Positions 28,151 through 38,609 of a DNA stretch of 64,000 bases are shown here, in pieces. The notes below the pieces were generated by a model, which was given only the letters and a program-made list of their open reading frames with translations, had not been told where the DNA came from and searched no databases. Source of the stretch: Leptotrichiaceae bacterium (GTDB lineage Bacteria > Fusobacteriota > Fusobacteriia > Fusobacteriales > Leptotrichiaceae); contig JAGOWQ010000005.1 of the NCBI GenBank assembly GCA_018060185.1, positions 15,194-79,193 on the forward strand. Reading direction: 5' to 3'. Each line of letters begins with the position of its first letter. Positions within the stretch are counted from its first letter, which is position 1. A program made the position numbers and the translations under genes.

Positions 28151-29944
28151 TTATTTTTTAGGTGTATCTGAAGTTAATTCAACTAAGTGAATGCCCCAAC
28201 CATCAGCTACTGCATTATAATCAATTCTAAAATTTTTAACTCTTTTATTTATAGGCATTATTTCATATCTATAAGTTAAAGGTATCTCTGCTGCTTGTTG
28301 TATATAATATTCTTGCCATTTTTTATAAGCTGTGGCTTTGTAACCTGATTCAGTTAGTGACCTTTCACCTACAACTTCATTCATAAGTTTATCATTTTCA
28401 TCAGAAGTAAATCTCGTATAGTTAAATTTAGAATATCTTCCTGAAGATTCTATGGGATTTAAATTTGTTCCAACACCCCATGCTGCAAAAAACACATCGA
28501 TTTCTTTATCATCAGCCTTTACTTTATCATAAAAACTATTAAATTCTATAAGTCTTCCTGTAGTAAGAACACCTTTTATACCTATTTCTTTCCATTTTTG
28601 TATATAAAATTGCACCAATGGTTCAGCTATATCTCCTCCAGCCATTGCCGCTATCCTTACTTCAAATGGTTTTCCATTTTTATCTTCCCTTATACCATCT
28701 CCATTTACATCTTTATATCCAGCATCATCAAGAAGTTTTTTAGCTTTTTCAGGATTATAAGGATATCCTTCAAGTTCTTCTGGATAATACTTTTTAAATG
28801 CTCTAGGAACTGATGATGTTGCTCTTTCCCTTAATCCATAATAAAATGCATTTGCCATTTCATCTACATTAATTCCGTATGCAAGTGCCTGTCTTAGTCT
28901 AATATCTGACATTTTTGCATTTGGATCTGTAATATTAGCTTTTTTTACATTATCCCAACGTCCTAATTTAAATCCAATATATGAATAATATAATTCTTGC
29001 CTACCCAATATAGTTATATTTCCTAAATCTTTTATTGTAGGGTATAATTCTCCTGGCATAGAAATAGTTATATCGTATTCTCCTGCTTTTATTGCTGAAG
29101 ATATAGTTTGAGAGTTTACAACTTGAATTGTAACTCTATCTATTTTTGGTTTACCCTTAAAATAATTTTCATTTGCTTTTAATTCAAGACTTTCTCCGTG
29201 AACTGATTTAGATATATAATATGGTCCTGTAGTAAGTATTTTATCTCTCGATTTTGGTGAAGAAACCATATCTTTTATTGTTACGTCCTTCAAGTAATGT
29301 TTAGGTAACGAAGCTCCTAAAAGACCATTTCCAACTGTATATATACCTTGACCTATTTCAGTAAATGATATTTCCACTGTTTTATCATCTATCTTTTTTA
29401 TTCCAGATATAGTAGAAGTTTTTCCAGAATGATAATCTTCAATTCCTACTATTTTTTTACTTTCATCATTATATCTAACTCCTGTGTAATCTTTATGAGC
29501 TACAACTTCATATGCGAATATAACATCTTCTGCTACTAGTGGTTTACCGTCATTCCATTTTACATTATCTTTTATTTTTATAGTTGCTTTTTTATTTGGT
29601 GCATCTACTGTTAACGTAGCTGCTCCATTATCTGTCACTTCAAAATTTTCATCTACACTAAATAATGAAGATCCTACAAACATAGATATAATATCTCCAT
29701 CATACGCATCATTATACAAAAATGGATTAAATATACCGTTTAGAGGTGAGTCTTTTACTACTGCTACTCTTAAAGTTGCCCCATCAATTGCTTTTTCTTC
29801 ATTTTCTACTTTCGTAGGAAATTGGCTAGCATCAACTCCATTTTTTGACGTTCCTTTAGAACTTTTCTTTTCTCCTGGTCCACATGATGTCAGTAATATA
29901 AATACAGTAGCTAACACCATCAAAACAATCTTTTTCTTTTTCAT
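28151..29944 (-). CDS. oppA: oligopeptide ABC transporter substrate-binding lipoprotein
   Basis: 597 aa with lipobox LLTSCG. Family-5 SBP size and composition. Last gene of an oppDFBCA unit. Confidence 0.85.
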   Translation of the reverse strand: MKKKKIVLMVLATVFILLTSCGPGEKKSSKGTSKNGVDASQFPTKVENEEKAIDGATLRVAVVKDSPLNGIFNPFLYNDAYDGDIISMFVGSSLFSVDENFEVTDNGAATLTVDAPNKKATIKIKDNVKWNDGKPLVAEDVIFAYEVVAHKDYTGVRYNDESKKIVGIEDYHSGKTSTISGIKKIDDKTVEISFTEIGQGIYTVGNGLLGASLPKHYLKDVTIKDMVSSPKSRDKILTTGPYYISKSVHGESLELKANENYFKGKPKIDRVTIQVVNSQTISSAIKAGEYDITISMPGELYPTIKDLGNITILGRQELYYSYIGFKLGRWDNVKKANITDPNAKMSDIRLRQALAYGINVDEMANAFYYGLRERATSSVPRAFKKYYPEELEGYPYNPEKAKKLLDDAGYKDVNGDGIREDKNGKPFEVRIAAMAGGDIAEPLVQFYIQKWKEIGIKGVLTTGRLIEFNSFYDKVKADDKEIDVFFAAWGVGTNLNPIESSGRYSKFNYTRFTSDENDKLMNEVVGERSLTESGYKATAYKKWQEYYIQQAAEIPLTYRYEIMPINKRVKNFRIDYNAVADGWGIHLVELTSDTPKK

Positions 29945-29998
29945 TTTATATCCTCCTATTATATTTTTTATATTAAAAATTAAATTGTGTATTTAGTT

Positions 29999-30901
29999 CT
30001 AACCTATTCTTTGTCTAGCATCAGCAGCTCTTTTCAAAGCCTGCCCGATATAATTTATACATAACATCATAACAAGAATTAGAATAGAAGCAGGTAACCA
30101 TATCCAAAGTTTTGACGACATTACTTCTGGATCTCTAGCATATCCAACAAGAGTACCTAAGCTAGGTATTGATGGAGGAAATCCAAATCCTAAAAATGTA
30201 AGTCCTGTTTCTATACCTATATTTCCCGCAAGATTTAATGTGGAATCTACTATAATTATAGAACTTATATTTGGAAGTACTTCTCTAAATAGTATTTTAA
30301 AATCACTTGTACCCATAGTTTTTGAGGCATGAACATAATCTCTTCTACTCTCAGTAAGCACTTTACTTCTTATCAATCTTGTAATCCCAGTCCAATAAAA
30401 TATGCTCATTATAAATATAAATGTAACAAGATTATATTTAGGTACAACTGTTATAAAGACTATTATAAGCATAAGTCTGGGTAAAATAGTTAAAAAATCT
30501 ACTAAACGCATTATAATATTGTCTATTTTGCCTCCGTAGTATCCTGATATTAAACCTACTACTATCCCTATTAAGGAGGTTAATATTGTAACAGCTATTC
30601 CTACTACTATAGAATTTCTTGCTCCTATTATAAGCTGTCCTAGTATATCTCTTCCTCCTGTATCAGCTCCAAGCCAAAAACCTTCCCCTGGTGCAGCATA
30701 TTTATCTAAAAGTGAAATCTTCATTACTTCTTCTTTATCTAGAAGTAAAGAACCTATAAATACTATCATCAAAAGTATTCCTAAAATAGATAATGAAGCC
30801 ATTGCTATTTTATCTTTTTTCAATTCTCTTATTATAACTGATATTCCTGTTGGTTTTTCACTTATATTAATATTTTCTTCTTTATTATTTTTCTTTAACA
30901 T
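29999..30901 (-). CDS. oppC: oligopeptide ABC transporter permease
   Basis: 300 aa with an OppC-type N-terminus and an EAA loop (YVHASKTMGTSDFKILFREVLPN). Confidence 0.85.
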   Translation of the reverse strand: MLKKNNKEENINISEKPTGISVIIRELKKDKIAMASLSILGILLMIVFIGSLLLDKEEVMKISLLDKYAAPGEGFWLGADTGGRDILGQLIIGARNSIVVGIAVTILTSLIGIVVGLISGYYGGKIDNIIMRLVDFLTILPRLMLIIVFITVVPKYNLVTFIFIMSIFYWTGITRLIRSKVLTESRRDYVHASKTMGTSDFKILFREVLPNISSIIIVDSTLNLAGNIGIETGLTFLGFGFPPSIPSLGTLVGYARDPEVMSSKLWIWLPASILILVMMLCINYIGQALKRAADARQRIG

Positions 30902-30921
30902 GTCTCTTTATCCTCCTTCTT

Positions 30922-31884
30922 CTACTCAATTCTTATTCTCGGATCTACTATACTCATAATAATGTCCGACAATAAGCTTCCTAATAATGTCAAAAAACCA
31001 AATAATAATATAAGCGTAGTTACTACACTATAATCCCTTGTACTTATGGAACTTATAAATAAATTACCCATTCCAGGATAACTAAATATTAACTCAATAA
31101 ATACTGAACCACTTAGTACTCCTGTTATTGTATATCCAAAAAATGCTGCTATAGGAAGTAATGAATTTCTAAATATATGTTTTGAATAAACTTTTTTTTC
31201 AGGAACACCTTTACTTCTTGCTGTTTTTACATAATCAAGTGATTTCGCATCAATTACTTCATTTCTTAGATATTGAATAATACCTACAGTAGCTAATAAT
31301 GCATAAGTAGTTGAAGGTAAAATCAAATGGTAAAGTTTATCAAAATAGTACTTAAATGTACCTGGATTAAGACCTATTGTTACAGAACCTGTCTTTGGAA
31401 ACCAATTCAATGTATATCCAAATAACCACAACATCATTAAAGATAATACAAATGTAGGTATGGCATAACTTATGTAATTATACAATATAACCATTTTATC
31501 TAATTTAGAATTTTGATATCTTCCAGCTAAAACACCAAGTGGGATAGCTATACAATAAGTCAAAACTGTACTTAATAATGATAACACAAAAGTATTAGCT
31601 GCTCTTTGTCCTATTAAAGTTTTTACTGGAATTTTATAAGCATAACTCAATCCAAAATCCCCTTGAAATGCATTTTTTATCCATCTTATATATTGAACAT
31701 GAATAGGATCGTAAAGTCCTGCTTTTCTTCTTAACTCTTCTAAAACTGCAGGATCAGTTTGTGGTGTTATCAATCCTGTAAAAGGATCACCAGGCATACT
31801 TTTTGCCAATAGAAAAATAATTATACTCAATATAAATAACTGAGGTATCATAGCTAGTATTCTTCTTAGTACGGTTTTCCACAT
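30922..31884 (-). CDS. oppB: oligopeptide ABC transporter permease
   Basis: 320 aa with an OppB/DppB-type N-terminus (LRRILAMIPQLFILSIIIFLL...PGDP) and an EAA loop (YVKTARSKGVPEKKV). Confidence 0.85.
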   Translation of the reverse strand: MWKTVLRRILAMIPQLFILSIIIFLLAKSMPGDPFTGLITPQTDPAVLEELRRKAGLYDPIHVQYIRWIKNAFQGDFGLSYAYKIPVKTLIGQRAANTFVLSLLSTVLTYCIAIPLGVLAGRYQNSKLDKMVILYNYISYAIPTFVLSLMMLWLFGYTLNWFPKTGSVTIGLNPGTFKYYFDKLYHLILPSTTYALLATVGIIQYLRNEVIDAKSLDYVKTARSKGVPEKKVYSKHIFRNSLLPIAAFFGYTITGVLSGSVFIELIFSYPGMGNLFISSISTRDYSVVTTLILLFGFLTLLGSLLSDIIMSIVDPRIRIE

Positions 31885-31887
31885 ATA

Positions 31888-32835
31888 TTATTTTCCTCCT
31901 TTTTTGTCATGTGACAATGCTGCATAGTGAGTATTGCTTAATTTTTTCAAATCATATACTTTTCCATTTTTATCATAATAATCTAATTCATTCTCTTTAT
32001 ATTCTCTCTCAACTTTAAGTCTTTTTTCCTTATTTATTAATCTATTATTGGGATTTACTTCAGGTATAGCGGCAATAAGTCTTTTTGTATATATATGTTG
32101 AGGGTTATTATAAATATCTTCTTTTTCACCTTTTTCAACAAATCTACCTCTATACATTATATAAATATAATCACACATATGTTTTACAACTCCTAAATCA
32201 TGAGAAATAAAAATATAACTTAATCCAAAATATTTCTGTATCTCTTTCATATAATTAAGAACTTGTGCTTGAACAGATAAATCAAGTGCAGAAACTGGTT
32301 CATCAGCAATTATAAGTTTAGGCTTAGTTGCAACTGCCCTTGCAACACCTATTCTTTGTCTTTGACCTCCAGAAAATTCATGAGGATATTTATATAATGC
32401 ATCGTCAGACATACCAACTATTTCAAGTAGTTCCATAACTTTTCTTTTTTCCTCTGTTATAGTTAATTTTTCAAAGTTTCTCAAAGGTTCAGAAATAATA
32501 TCTATGACTCTTTTTTTAGGATTTAAACTTGACATAGAATCTTGAAATATCATTTGAATATTTCTATTATAATCTGATTTTCTATTTACAATTTTTTTAT
32601 TAATTAAATTACCTTCATAAAATATTTTACCTTCATTTATTTTTTCAAGTCCAACTATAGCCTTTCCTATAGTTGATTTACCTGAACCTGATTCACCAAC
32701 TAAACCATACGTTTTACCTTTTTCAACAAACATATCCACGCCGTCTACTGCATGAACATAATCTATTATTTTATTGAAAAATCCCCCACGTATAGGATAA
32801 TGAACCTTTAACCCTTTTATTTCCATAAAGCTCAT
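31888..32835 (-). CDS. oppF: oligopeptide ABC transporter ATP-binding protein
   Basis: 315 aa with GESGSGKST, FSGGQRQR and IIADEP. Confidence 0.85.
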   Translation of the reverse strand: MSFMEIKGLKVHYPIRGGFFNKIIDYVHAVDGVDMFVEKGKTYGLVGESGSGKSTIGKAIVGLEKINEGKIFYEGNLINKKIVNRKSDYNRNIQMIFQDSMSSLNPKKRVIDIISEPLRNFEKLTITEEKRKVMELLEIVGMSDDALYKYPHEFSGGQRQRIGVARAVATKPKLIIADEPVSALDLSVQAQVLNYMKEIQKYFGLSYIFISHDLGVVKHMCDYIYIMYRGRFVEKGEKEDIYNNPQHIYTKRLIAAIPEVNPNNRLINKEKRLKVEREYKENELDYYDKNGKVYDLKKLSNTHYAALSHDKKGGK

Positions 32836-32880
32836 TTATTTTTCCTCCACTTTTTCGAATATATATTTTGCACATCATTA

Positions 32881-33882
32881 TTACCTTTTCGTATCATCAA
32901 AACAGAATTTCTTCCAGCAAACACATCTCACAAAATGACCAGAAGAAATTTCATGGAGTTCTGGATTTTCTTCATGTTTATCTTCAGATATCCAAGGTAT
33001 TCTAGGTGCAAATCTACACCCAGACCTATCTAATTTTATTAATGAAGGAACAACACCTTCAATTACATGTAATTTTTCAATATTTTTATCAATTTGTGGT
33101 ATAGAATTTAATAATGACCTAGTATAAGGATGTTTAGGATTATTAAATAATTCTTGAGCAGAAGCTATTTCAACTATTTCTCCTGCATACATCACTGCTA
33201 CTCTATCAGCTATTTCTGCAACTACTCCTAAATCATGAGTAATTAATATAATTCCTGCATGTATCTCATCTTGAAGTGCCTTCAATAAATCTAGTATTTG
33301 AGCTTGTATAGTTACATCAAGAGCTGTTGTTGGTTCATCTGCTATTATAACAGACGGTTTACATGACAAAGCTATAGCTATCATAACTCTTTGCCGCATT
33401 CCACCTGATAATTGATGTGGAAACTGTCTTGATATTCTCTCATAATTTGAAATTCCTACTTGCTGAAGAAGTTCATTAACTCTATTTTTTCTTTCTAGTT
33501 TATTTAGATTCGTATGATAAATAAGCCCTTCTTCTATTTGATCTTCTATTCTCATCAAAGGATTTAATGCAGATAAAGGATCTTGAAATATCATACCTAT
33601 ATCATTACCTCTTATTTCATTATATTCTTTTTCACTTAAAGATAAAATGTTTTTACCTTTATAAATAATTTCCCCTTCAGATTTTGTATTTATAGGATTG
33701 TGTAGTCCCATAATTGAAGTTGCCAATGTACTCTTACCACATCCTGATTCACCAACTATTGCTAATATTTCATTTTTTCTTAATTCTAGTGAAACATCAT
33801 CTACTGCTTTAAAATATTCATCTTTTATTCTAAAGCTAGTATTTAATTTATTTATTTGCAGTAATATATCGTCTGAATTCAT
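32881..33882 (-). CDS. oppD: oligopeptide ABC transporter ATP-binding protein
   Basis: 333 aa with GESGCGKST, LSGGMRQR, IIADEPTTALD and a C-terminal oligopeptide-ABC extension. Confidence 0.85.
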   Translation of the reverse strand: MNSDDILLQINKLNTSFRIKDEYFKAVDDVSLELRKNEILAIVGESGCGKSTLATSIMGLHNPINTKSEGEIIYKGKNILSLSEKEYNEIRGNDIGMIFQDPLSALNPLMRIEDQIEEGLIYHTNLNKLERKNRVNELLQQVGISNYERISRQFPHQLSGGMRQRVMIAIALSCKPSVIIADEPTTALDVTIQAQILDLLKALQDEIHAGIILITHDLGVVAEIADRVAVMYAGEIVEIASAQELFNNPKHPYTRSLLNSIPQIDKNIEKLHVIEGVVPSLIKLDRSGCRFAPRIPWISEDKHEENPELHEISSGHFVRCVCWKKFCFDDTKR

Positions 33883-34018
33883 CTATAAACTCCTTATTAA
33901 ATATGTTTGATTTATAAGTATAATAATACATTATTTTATTCTTTTTTTCAAATATTTTTTCAATATATAACTATTAACAAAATAAAACTATATTGATATA
34001 ATTTTAAATTATATAATA

Positions 34019-34068
34019 AAAAGATCGTTAAAATGATTTAATTAAATTAACATTTTAAACGACCTTTT
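34019..34068 (-). terminator. probable rho-independent terminator of the fru operon
   Basis: The minus-strand transcript reads AAAAGGTCGTTTAAAATG, loop, CATTTTAACGATCTTTTT. It is a long stem with one bulge followed by a U-run, about 100 nt after the fruA stop. Confidence 0.6.
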
Positions 34069-34156
34069 CCCCATTTTATATCTGACTTTTTTGTCTTTTA
34101 ACCCATTTAAAACTGGGTTTATAATATATATGAATATATTATTAATAAATTAACAC

Positions 34157-36061
34157 TTACTCACTTATTTTCTTTTTAAGTATTCCTAATAATAATGCAG
34201 ATACTACCGCTCCAATTACAATTGCAATAAAATACATTACAAAATTATTACTTAAAAACATTACTAATATTCCACCATGTGGTGCAGGAATTTTTATTCC
34301 AAATAACATAGTTAATGCCCCTGCAATTGCAGAACCAACTATATTTGCAGGTATTACTCTAGTAGGATCTGAAGCTGCATATGGTATTGCTCCTTCAGTT
34401 ATAAAAGATAACCCCATTACGTAATTTGACAGTCCTGCATCTTTTTCTTCTTTAGTAAATTTATTTTTGAATAATGTAGTAGACAATGCTATTGCTATCG
34501 GTGGAACCATTCCTCCAGCCATAACAGCAGCCATTGCTGCACTTCCACCTGTTGTTATTGTTGTTGCTAAAGTCCCTGTTCCAAATACATAAGCTGCTTT
34601 ATTTACTGGACCACCCATGTCTACTGCCATCATTCCACCTAATAACAATCCTAATAATACTGCACTTGAACCACTCATTGTTGTTAACCAACCATTTAAT
34701 CCATCATTTATGATTTTTACAAATGGATTTAAAAATAAAATCATTATTATTCCTGTTATTAATACTGACAATACTGGATATAGTAAAATCATTTTCAATC
34801 CTGATAATGATTTTGGTAATTTTGATAAAGCTTTTATTAGGAATTTAACTACATATCCTGCAAGAAATCCTCCTGCCATTGCCCCTAAAAATCCAGATCC
34901 TCCTGCTGATGCTAATGCTCCAGCTACTAATCCTGCTGTAAGTGCTGCTCTTTCCCCCACACTAAATGCTATATATCCTCCTAATATAGGAACAAATAAA
35001 CCAAATGCTGCTGAACCAATTCCCATTAGTGTCTTAGCTATCTCTGAAGTTGATCCGTATCCAGAACCTGCATTTGCATTCCCTGTTAATGTATCTGCTA
35101 AAAATGCCAATGCTATTAGTATTCCTCCACTTATTACTAATGGAAGCATATAAGAAACTCCACTCATTAAATGTTTATATAATCCTGTTTTTTCAGATTT
35201 TGATGAACTACCTTCTGATGAACCAGAAGCAACAAACGTTGTCCCTTTACCATCTAATATTTGTTGAATTAATCCTTTTGCATTATTTATTCCTTCTTTT
35301 GCACCAACTTTTATTAATTGCTTTCCATTAAATCTATCTGTTTCTATATTTCTATCTACTGCTAAAATTACCCCTAAAGAAGCTGCTATATCATCTGCTG
35401 TAAGCTCATTTTTTCTTCCATCTGTTCCATTTGTTTCTATTTTTATTTTAACACCCATTTCATTTGCTGCTTTTCTTAAAGATTCCGCTGCCATATAAGT
35501 ATGAGCTATACCTGTAGGACAAGCTGTTGCTGCTATTATATATGGTTCATTTCCAGACGTTTTAGTAGTTGTTTGTTCTGATGTTGTTTTTTCTGCCTCT
35601 AATTTTTCTGCTTCTTTAGAATTTATTATATCTAAAACTTCTTCTGGAGTTTTTGCGTTATCTAAAGATTTTTTGAAATCATCATCTAATAATAATTGTG
35701 TAAGTCTTGCCAATGTTTCTATATGAGCATTATTTGCCCCTGCAGGAGCAGCTATCATAAAAAATAATGTTGAAGGTTCTCCATCCATTGAATCATAATC
35801 AATTCCATTTTTAGATCTTCCCATTGCTAAAGCTGGTTGTTTTACAAACTCTGTTTTAGCATGCGGTATAGCTATTCCTTCTTCTAAAGCTGTAGAACTT
35901 TGCTCTTCTCTTGCATTAAGTGCAGCAACATATCCTTCGTAATCTTCTAATACACCTGTATTATCATGTAATTTAGCAATTTCTCTAATAACATTTAATT
36001 TATCAGTTGATTGAACATCTAAATTTATTCTTTCTTTTACTAGTAAATCTGATATTTTCAT
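34157..36061 (-). CDS. fruA: PTS fructose transporter subunit IIABC
   Basis: 634 aa. EIIA-2 domain (AIPHAKT), EIIB-fructose (IIAATACPTGIAHTYMAAE) and a Gly/Ala-rich polytopic EIIC. Follows fruK. Confidence 0.9.
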   Translation of the reverse strand: MKISDLLVKERINLDVQSTDKLNVIREIAKLHDNTGVLEDYEGYVAALNAREEQSSTALEEGIAIPHAKTEFVKQPALAMGRSKNGIDYDSMDGEPSTLFFMIAAPAGANNAHIETLARLTQLLLDDDFKKSLDNAKTPEEVLDIINSKEAEKLEAEKTTSEQTTTKTSGNEPYIIAATACPTGIAHTYMAAESLRKAANEMGVKIKIETNGTDGRKNELTADDIAASLGVILAVDRNIETDRFNGKQLIKVGAKEGINNAKGLIQQILDGKGTTFVASGSSEGSSSKSEKTGLYKHLMSGVSYMLPLVISGGILIALAFLADTLTGNANAGSGYGSTSEIAKTLMGIGSAAFGLFVPILGGYIAFSVGERAALTAGLVAGALASAGGSGFLGAMAGGFLAGYVVKFLIKALSKLPKSLSGLKMILLYPVLSVLITGIIMILFLNPFVKIINDGLNGWLTTMSGSSAVLLGLLLGGMMAVDMGGPVNKAAYVFGTGTLATTITTGGSAAMAAVMAGGMVPPIAIALSTTLFKNKFTKEEKDAGLSNYVMGLSFITEGAIPYAASDPTRVIPANIVGSAIAGALTMLFGIKIPAPHGGILVMFLSNNFVMYFIAIVIGAVVSALLLGILKKKISE

Positions 36062-36094
36062 ATCTTCACACCTTTCTCTATTTAATTTTAATTT

Positions 36095-37012
36095 TTAATA
36101 ATTTTCTTTAATAATATTTATTTCATTATAAAGTTTATTAACTAACTTTTCTTCTGCTAAACCATAAGAATATGCAGTTGCACTTCCTGAAGCTACTGAT
36201 AATTTAAACGAATCTTCTACTGAAAGCCCTTTTACATGTCCAGCAATAAAACCTGCTACCATTGAATCACCAGCTCCAATAGAATTAATTAAACTTCCTT
36301 TTGGAACTGATGCTTCAAGTACAAAGTTTTCATTTATGAGTAACGCCCCTTCTCCACCTCTGGAAAGAATAACATTTTTTACTCCTTTTTCCAGAAAATA
36401 CTTACACTTTTCAACAATCTCCATTTTTGTTTCTATTTTATCTCCAAACATATCCCTTAATTCATGGATATTAGGTTTTATTAAAAAATTATTATGTATA
36501 TTATCTTGTAATAAATTACCTCTAGTATCTAAAACTATTTCTACTTCTGATTGAACATTTTCAGATAATTCTTTATATATTTTGTTACTTATTGAAGATG
36601 GTATACTTCCTGATAAAACTAAAATATCTCCATTTTTTAAATTAGACATTTTATCTATTAGTTCATCTAATTTTTCTTTTGATATTTCAGGTGATATTCC
36701 AGTTAATTCTGTTTCTTTGTCATCAGCATTTACTTTTACATTTATTCTAGTATATCCTTCTAGTTCTACAAATTCAGATTTTATATTATCTTTTTCAAGA
36801 TCTTTTTTTATAAAATCTCCTACAAATCCTGCTAAATATCCTATTGCTGTTGATTCTACCCCAAGATTTTTTAAAACTTTAGATACATTTATTCCTTTTC
36901 CACCTGCTCTAAAATTTACTTCTTTCGCAAGATTTAGATGCTCTAATTTCAAATCTTCATCTAAATACATATCATAATCCAACGCAGGATTTAATGTTAA
37001 AGTGTAGATCAT
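36095..37012 (-). CDS. fruK: 1-phosphofructokinase
   Basis: 305 aa of the PfkB family (TLNPALD...GGKGINV...GAGDSMVAGF). Lies between fruR and fruA. Confidence 0.9.
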   Translation of the reverse strand: MIYTLTLNPALDYDMYLDEDLKLEHLNLAKEVNFRAGGKGINVSKVLKNLGVESTAIGYLAGFVGDFIKKDLEKDNIKSEFVELEGYTRINVKVNADDKETELTGISPEISKEKLDELIDKMSNLKNGDILVLSGSIPSSISNKIYKELSENVQSEVEIVLDTRGNLLQDNIHNNFLIKPNIHELRDMFGDKIETKMEIVEKCKYFLEKGVKNVILSRGGEGALLINENFVLEASVPKGSLINSIGAGDSMVAGFIAGHVKGLSVEDSFKLSVASGSATAYSYGLAEEKLVNKLYNEINIIKENY

Positions 37013-37035
37013 AAATTTACCTCCTATTTATTTAA

Positions 37036-37770
37036 TTATAAAAAAAATTTCTTGTATTTATTATGTTTTTTTATTGCTTCATCACTAGTTATAATTTTAC
37101 AATTATCCATAGTTGAAAATTGTATATTTGAAACTCTATCAAATTTTGTCTTATCTGCTAAAATATATTTCATATTAGATAATTCTAAAACCTTTTTTTT
37201 GATTATTGCTTCATTTAGTTCTGGAGTTGTAAATCCATGTTTTTCATCTATACCATTTACACCTATAAAACATTTATCAAATCTATATTTTTCGAGAGAT
37301 TCTATTGCACCTGCTCCAACTATAGCTTTTGTAGTATATTTTACTTCTCCACCTATAATTATTGTTTTTATTTTGTTTTTAGTAAGCTCTTCAATATGCA
37401 TAACTCCATTTGTTACGACTGTGATATTTTTATTTTTTAACTTATCAATTAGGTAAAAAACAGTTGTTCCAGCATCCAAATATATGAAATCATCATTTTT
37501 TATAACTTTAAATGCTTTTACAGATATTTCTTTTTTTTCATTTATATTTTCTCCAAATCTTTCTTCCACTTCTTTATCACTTCTAATATCGTTTATTTTA
37601 CTTATTCCACCTTTTATTTTATTCAAAAGACCTTTTCTCTCCATTTTTTCAATATCTCTTTTTATAGTGGAAAGAGAGACATCTATCACGTTGTCTAATT
37701 CTTTATATGTCATTCTTTTTTTTTCATTCAATTCAAATAATATTTTTTCAAATCTATCTATTTCTAACAT
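37036..37770 (-). CDS. fruR: DeoR-family transcriptional repressor of the fructose operon
   Basis: 244 aa with an N-terminal HTH (VSLSTIKRDIEKMERKGLL) and a DeoR C-terminal sensor domain. First gene of fruRKA. Confidence 0.85.
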   Translation of the reverse strand: MLEIDRFEKILFELNEKKRMTYKELDNVIDVSLSTIKRDIEKMERKGLLNKIKGGISKINDIRSDKEVEERFGENINEKKEISVKAFKVIKNDDFIYLDAGTTVFYLIDKLKNKNITVVTNGVMHIEELTKNKIKTIIIGGEVKYTTKAIVGAGAIESLEKYRFDKCFIGVNGIDEKHGFTTPELNEAIIKKKVLELSNMKYILADKTKFDRVSNIQFSTMDNCKIITSDEAIKKHNKYKKFFL

Positions 37771-37818
37771 ATTGATTACCTTTTTTCTATTAAGTTATTT
37801 TTTTCTTTTGATACTATT

Positions 37819-37847
37819 ATCATATACCTATTCTTTTCCAAAGTCAA
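37819..37847 (-). promoter_or_regulatory. putative sigma70 promoter of fruRKA
   Basis: Minus strand: TTGACT, a 17-nt spacer, then TATGAT, about 50 nt upstream of the fruR ATG. Confidence 0.5.
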
Positions 37848-37890
37848 TCATTTTTTTCATTTTTTTTCATTTTTTTTCATTTTTTATTAT
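37848..37890. repeat. four helically phased T/A-tracts (about 10-bp period) abutting the fruR -35 box
   Basis: The plus strand reads tca-T7-ca-T8-ca-T8-ca-T6. The CA dinucleotides are spaced 9, 10 and 10 bp apart. Confidence 0.7.
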
Positions 37891-37979
37891 ATATACGTGA
37901 TTTTAAGAGTAATGGTAATATTAAAAAAAATACTTCTATCTAATTAAATTAAAATAAAAGTATTTTTATATTATATTTT

Positions 37980-38588
37980 TTAATAGGTATATCCTTCTTT
38001 TTCGTACTTTATAATAGTTTCTCCCCCATGTCCAGGGTAAACTGTGGTATTTTCCGGCAGATTCATCAATTTCGAAATAGATTTTTTCATTCCAGATATA
38101 CTTCCTGTTGGTAAATCTGTCCTACCATAATTCATTTTGAATATAGTATCTCCTGATAACAATATTGAATTTTCTTTATCGTAATAACAAATCCCTCCAT
38201 GGGTATGCCCTGGCGTTTCTATGACTTTTAATCCAAATACATCATCATTTTCTTTAAGTTTGACAATTTCCACATCGTTTGACAACTTAAAGTCTATATC
38301 TAGCCATATAGATAATGATAATGTAGAATCAAATAAAAACTCATAATCTTTTTCACTTACATATACAGGTACTTTTTTATATTCTAATATTTCAGGAATA
38401 CCTATAATATGATCATAATGCCCATGTGTAAGTAATATTCCTAATAAATTATAATTTTTTTCTTTTATATAATTTATACTTTCAGACATATCAAAACCAC
38501 CCGGATCAACAATATAGCAATCATTTTCACGATTTATTACATAAGTATTGCCATTTGTCTTTTGATTTATAAACAAATTTACTTCCAT
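37980..38588 (-). CDS. MBL-fold metallo-hydrolase (glyoxalase II-like)
   Basis: HxHxDH motif LLTHGHYDHIIG, with later TPGHTHG and a C-terminal GH. The ATG at 38588 follows a GGAGAGAAAA SD. The track start is TTG. Confidence 0.8.
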   Translation of the reverse strand: MEVNLFINQKTNGNTYVINRENDCYIVDPGGFDMSESINYIKEKNYNLLGILLTHGHYDHIIGIPEILEYKKVPVYVSEKDYEFLFDSTLSLSIWLDIDFKLSNDVEIVKLKENDDVFGLKVIETPGHTHGGICYYDKENSILLSGDTIFKMNYGRTDLPTGSISGMKKSISKLMNLPENTTVYPGHGGETIIKYEKEGYTY

Positions 38589-38609
38589 TTTTCTCTCCAA
38601 TTCTTTATT

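Noticed and set aside
37848-37890. Short tandem 'cattttttt' repeats as a CRISPR or VNTR array.
   Set aside because: The units are ~10 bp with no spacers. They are interpreted as phased A/T tracts of a promoter upstream region. No CRISPR-like repeat-spacer structure was seen anywhere in the window.
34617-37900. Several long plus-strand ORFs, up to 178 aa: 34617..35153, 35050..35331, 36336..36554, 36582..36977, 37052..37456, 37237..37440 and 37484..37900.
   Set aside because: All lie antisense inside fruA, fruK or fruR or in the T-rich promoter region. They have Pro/Asn/Ile/Phe/Ser low-complexity composition, typical of shadow frames in AT-rich genes.
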